Shown: one piece after another, positions 50,190 through 52,149 of the stretch | Numbering within the stretch: the stretch's first letter is position 1 | How the letters are laid out: each line of letters starts with the position of its first letter | DNA from: Thermoplasmata archaeon | GTDB lineage: Archaea > Thermoplasmatota > Thermoplasmata > Thermoplasmatales > Thermoplasmataceae | Direction: 5' to 3' | Length of the DNA stretch: 52,149 nt | Assembly: GCA_021799185.1 (NCBI GenBank) | Contig: JAJZAW010000001.1 | Location: 1 to 52,149, forward strand | Position numbers and translations under genes: made by a program | The notes under the pieces: generated by a model | The model's database searches: none | Seen by the model: only the letters and a program-made list of their open reading frames with translations | What the model was told of the DNA's origin: nothing

Positions 50190-51227
50190 TCATGATAACC
50201 TGTATCTTAGAATCGCGCAGTAACCACCAAAATTTGAAATTATCCGGCCAGGATCGGTGCCAGCCCCTATTATGTGTACTTTTGTGCCAAAATTTCTGGA
50301 AAGCTCCAGGAGCTTTCTGCCATCAGGAGTCCTGAATTTCTCCTCAGAAACCATCAGCGTGTCAACGGCACCAGCTTCAAGGGCACCCAGCACATCAGCA
50401 TATCCATAAGTTGCAAGACCATCCGTTCCGATATGTTTCAAAAAACCCTCAACCAGCCTTGAATCACCAGAAATCCTAAGGTCTCTGAATATGGCATCCG
50501 CCTCCGGCGTGTTTAGGAATTCCCAGACTGCCCCTGTATCTGATCGATTCGTAGGATAGGTTACTACCCTAAATCCGGATCCCCCATATGTTTTGAATGT
50601 GTTGACTATCTTTTCCCGTGTAAACCCGGGGCCAAGGACAATAATGGTGCTACCTTCTGGAAGCATCCTGCGGCATGATTCCACAATTTCTCTGTGAAAA
50701 TCGGCTTCAGAATAATTGTTCTCATAGGCCTTTCCTGTAAGGTGTGAATCTATCTTTCCCAGGTTCTGTATTCCGTAGGATTTCAGCATAAGAATCCATG
50801 CAGCTTCATCATCGGCCGCTATGAAATAGAATTTCTGTGAAAATTTGTTATCAAGTGCTTCCGACAGGAGTTCCCGCTGCTGTTCCATCCACTGCTGTTT
50901 ATTCAGGTCAAAGGTATCTCCTGGAGATATGTTGAATGACTGATGATCGCCAATAATGTCTTCTGGGCCTTCCCGGATTGTGCCGAGAACCTTGAGGTTT
51001 CCGGAGAAATCCTGAAATTCCACTGTTTCCGCCACTATGGCGGCGGTCACAGGCTTTCTTGGGGACTCCTTGGATCTGTTCATGTCCTGCTGCTTCTCCA
51101 CCCGCCTCATTGTGGTCATCCTGACCATATCCCCGGGATTAATGAGATTTTTAAGGTACCATAAATCATCATCAGAGTCAACATGGACTGTAATCCAGTT
51201 AGAATCCTTATTTTCGACAACCCTCAT
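50190..51227 (-). CDS. pelA: Pelota (aDom34) ribosome rescue factor
   Basis: DDLWYLKNLINPGD, TMRRV, LGPGFTRE, GAVDTLMVSE, FGGYCAILRY. Confidence 0.93.
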   Translation of the reverse strand: MRVVENKDSNWITVHVDSDDDLWYLKNLINPGDMVRMTTMRRVEKQQDMNRSKESPRKPVTAAIVAETVEFQDFSGNLKVLGTIREGPEDIIGDHQSFNISPGDTFDLNKQQWMEQQRELLSEALDNKFSQKFYFIAADDEAAWILMLKSYGIQNLGKIDSHLTGKAYENNYSEADFHREIVESCRRMLPEGSTIIVLGPGFTREKIVNTFKTYGGSGFRVVTYPTNRSDTGAVWEFLNTPEADAIFRDLRISGDSRLVEGFLKHIGTDGLATYGYADVLGALEAGAVDTLMVSEEKFRTPDGRKLLELSRNFGTKVHIIGAGTDPGRIISNFGGYCAILRYRLS

Positions 51228-51691
51228 TCTTCCCTCTCCCCCACTCCGTCAACTATGGCCTTGATCTCATTCCTAATGGAAGTGTAGTGTGAGCCTTCCC
51301 AGTAAACCTTTCCGCAATTGTCACAGACATACACCCTTTTCTGCATTTTCCTCACTCCAGGAGGCAGTTTCTCCATTATCTCCGGGTCGTCAGTAACTTT
51401 GAGGAGCCCGTTGCACAGGGGACATCTTGTAAAATAGAGGGTTTCATCTGGAACGAATCTTCTTATAAATTCATGGAGCTGATCCTCATACATGTCAGAT
51501 TTTATGTAAACAGAATTTCTGTATCTTATGGATAATTCTCTGTCTCTTGTTATCAGGATCAGATTCTCCCCTGAACATACCTCAATTATTGCGTCATCAG
51601 TCATGTCTGATGTTGCATAACCTACATCATACCCCATGAGGCGCAGCCATCTGCACATCTTTCCAAGCATACTGTCAGCGAAGAATCTCAT
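51224..51691 (-). CDS. Mut7-C RNase (PIN-like with Zn ribbon)
   Basis: MRFFADSMLGKMCRWLRLMGYD, ITRDREL, RCPLCNG, CDNCGKVYWEGSH; start taken at MRFF. Confidence 0.9.
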   Translation of the reverse strand: MRFFADSMLGKMCRWLRLMGYDVGYATSDMTDDAIIEVCSGENLILITRDRELSIRYRNSVYIKSDMYEDQLHEFIRRFVPDETLYFTRCPLCNGLLKVTDDPEIMEKLPPGVRKMQKRVYVCDNCGKVYWEGSHYTSIRNEIKAIVDGVGEREE

Positions 51692-51692
51692 T

Positions 51693-52148
51693 TCAGTAGT
51701 CTTTCCATCGCTCGGATAGGTCATTGTCAATACCCATCAGATCCAGAACGCGAGATACAACAAAATTAATCATGTCGTCGGCAGTTTTAGGCTTTGTGTA
51801 GTAGCCAGGCATAGCGGGTGCCACAATTACGCCGTTCGCTGAGACCTTAAGCATGTTCTCGATGTATATGGAACTGAGCGGCATCTCTCTTGGTACAATC
51901 ACCATTCTTCTCCTCTCCTTTATTGATACTGCGGCAATTCGAGTAATGAGGGTATCGGCCATACCGGCAGCTATTCTGGCAAGAGTGGTATTTGAACAGG
52001 GAATTATCACAAAGCTCCTGAATCTGAAGGATCCGGAACTTACTGGTGCAGCAAGATCTGAATCATCATAAACATGCTCAGCCAGATTGGAAAAGTCTTC
52101 AAGCGTCAGGCTGGTCTCTGCAGCCATGACCCGCTTTGCACCATCGGA
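51693..52148 (-). CDS. ubiX: Flavin prenyltransferase UbiX, 5'-partial
   Basis: APVSSGSF, PCSNTTLA, KERRRMVIVPREMP, PAMPGYYTKP; frame open to the window edge. Confidence 0.92.
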   Translation of the reverse strand, partial: SDGAKRVMAAETSLTLEDFSNLAEHVYDDSDLAAPVSSGSFRFRSFVIIPCSNTTLARIAAGMADTLITRIAAVSIKERRRMVIVPREMPLSSIYIENMLKVSANGVIVAPAMPGYYTKPKTADDMINFVVSRVLDLMGIDNDLSERWKDY

Positions 52149-52149
52149 G

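Noticed and set aside
52141..52149. CCATCGGAG matching the tRNA-Glu 5' region
   Set aside because: Only 9 bp, inside ubiX coding sequence; consistent with chance.

Overview
Archaeal chromosome segment, most consistent with an acidophilic Thermoplasmatales genome (tricorn F1 peptidase, pelota, Cdc6/Orc1, PolB2 operon, Grs-like radical SAM protein, intronless CCA-less tRNA-Glu). About 1-30 kb is core-like: GH15 hydrolase, polB2 operon facing a cdc6 paralogue, transporters, CoA-transferase, a Mo/W-pterin cluster (two moeA, frameshifted arsA-like ATPase, moaD, two AORs) and cytochrome bd. From ~30 kb to tRNA-Glu (50055-50129) lies an accessory, island-like region. It holds a bacterial (Bacillota-like) cytoplasmic nitrate reductase operon narGHJI with no narK; a TDT/SLAC1-family anion channel sits in its place. 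The operon is accompanied by hemerythrin, DUF2249-cupin and NnrS/DrpA-like membrane genes and a divergent archaeal HTH-10 regulator. A 26-bp palindrome (TTGACCCCTAAA-N2-TTTAGGGGTCAA) recurs at three promoters of this module. Further right are AT-rich surface-protein genes (one frameshifted at an A9 tract, one cut by a decayed IS256), a minimal tyrosine recombinase with paired palindromic sites, and an unannotated integrase C-terminal remnant that reads through the antisense strand of the tRNA. Core genes (pelota, Mut7-C, ubiX) resume after the tRNA. All calls come from reading motifs by eye; no database searches were run.
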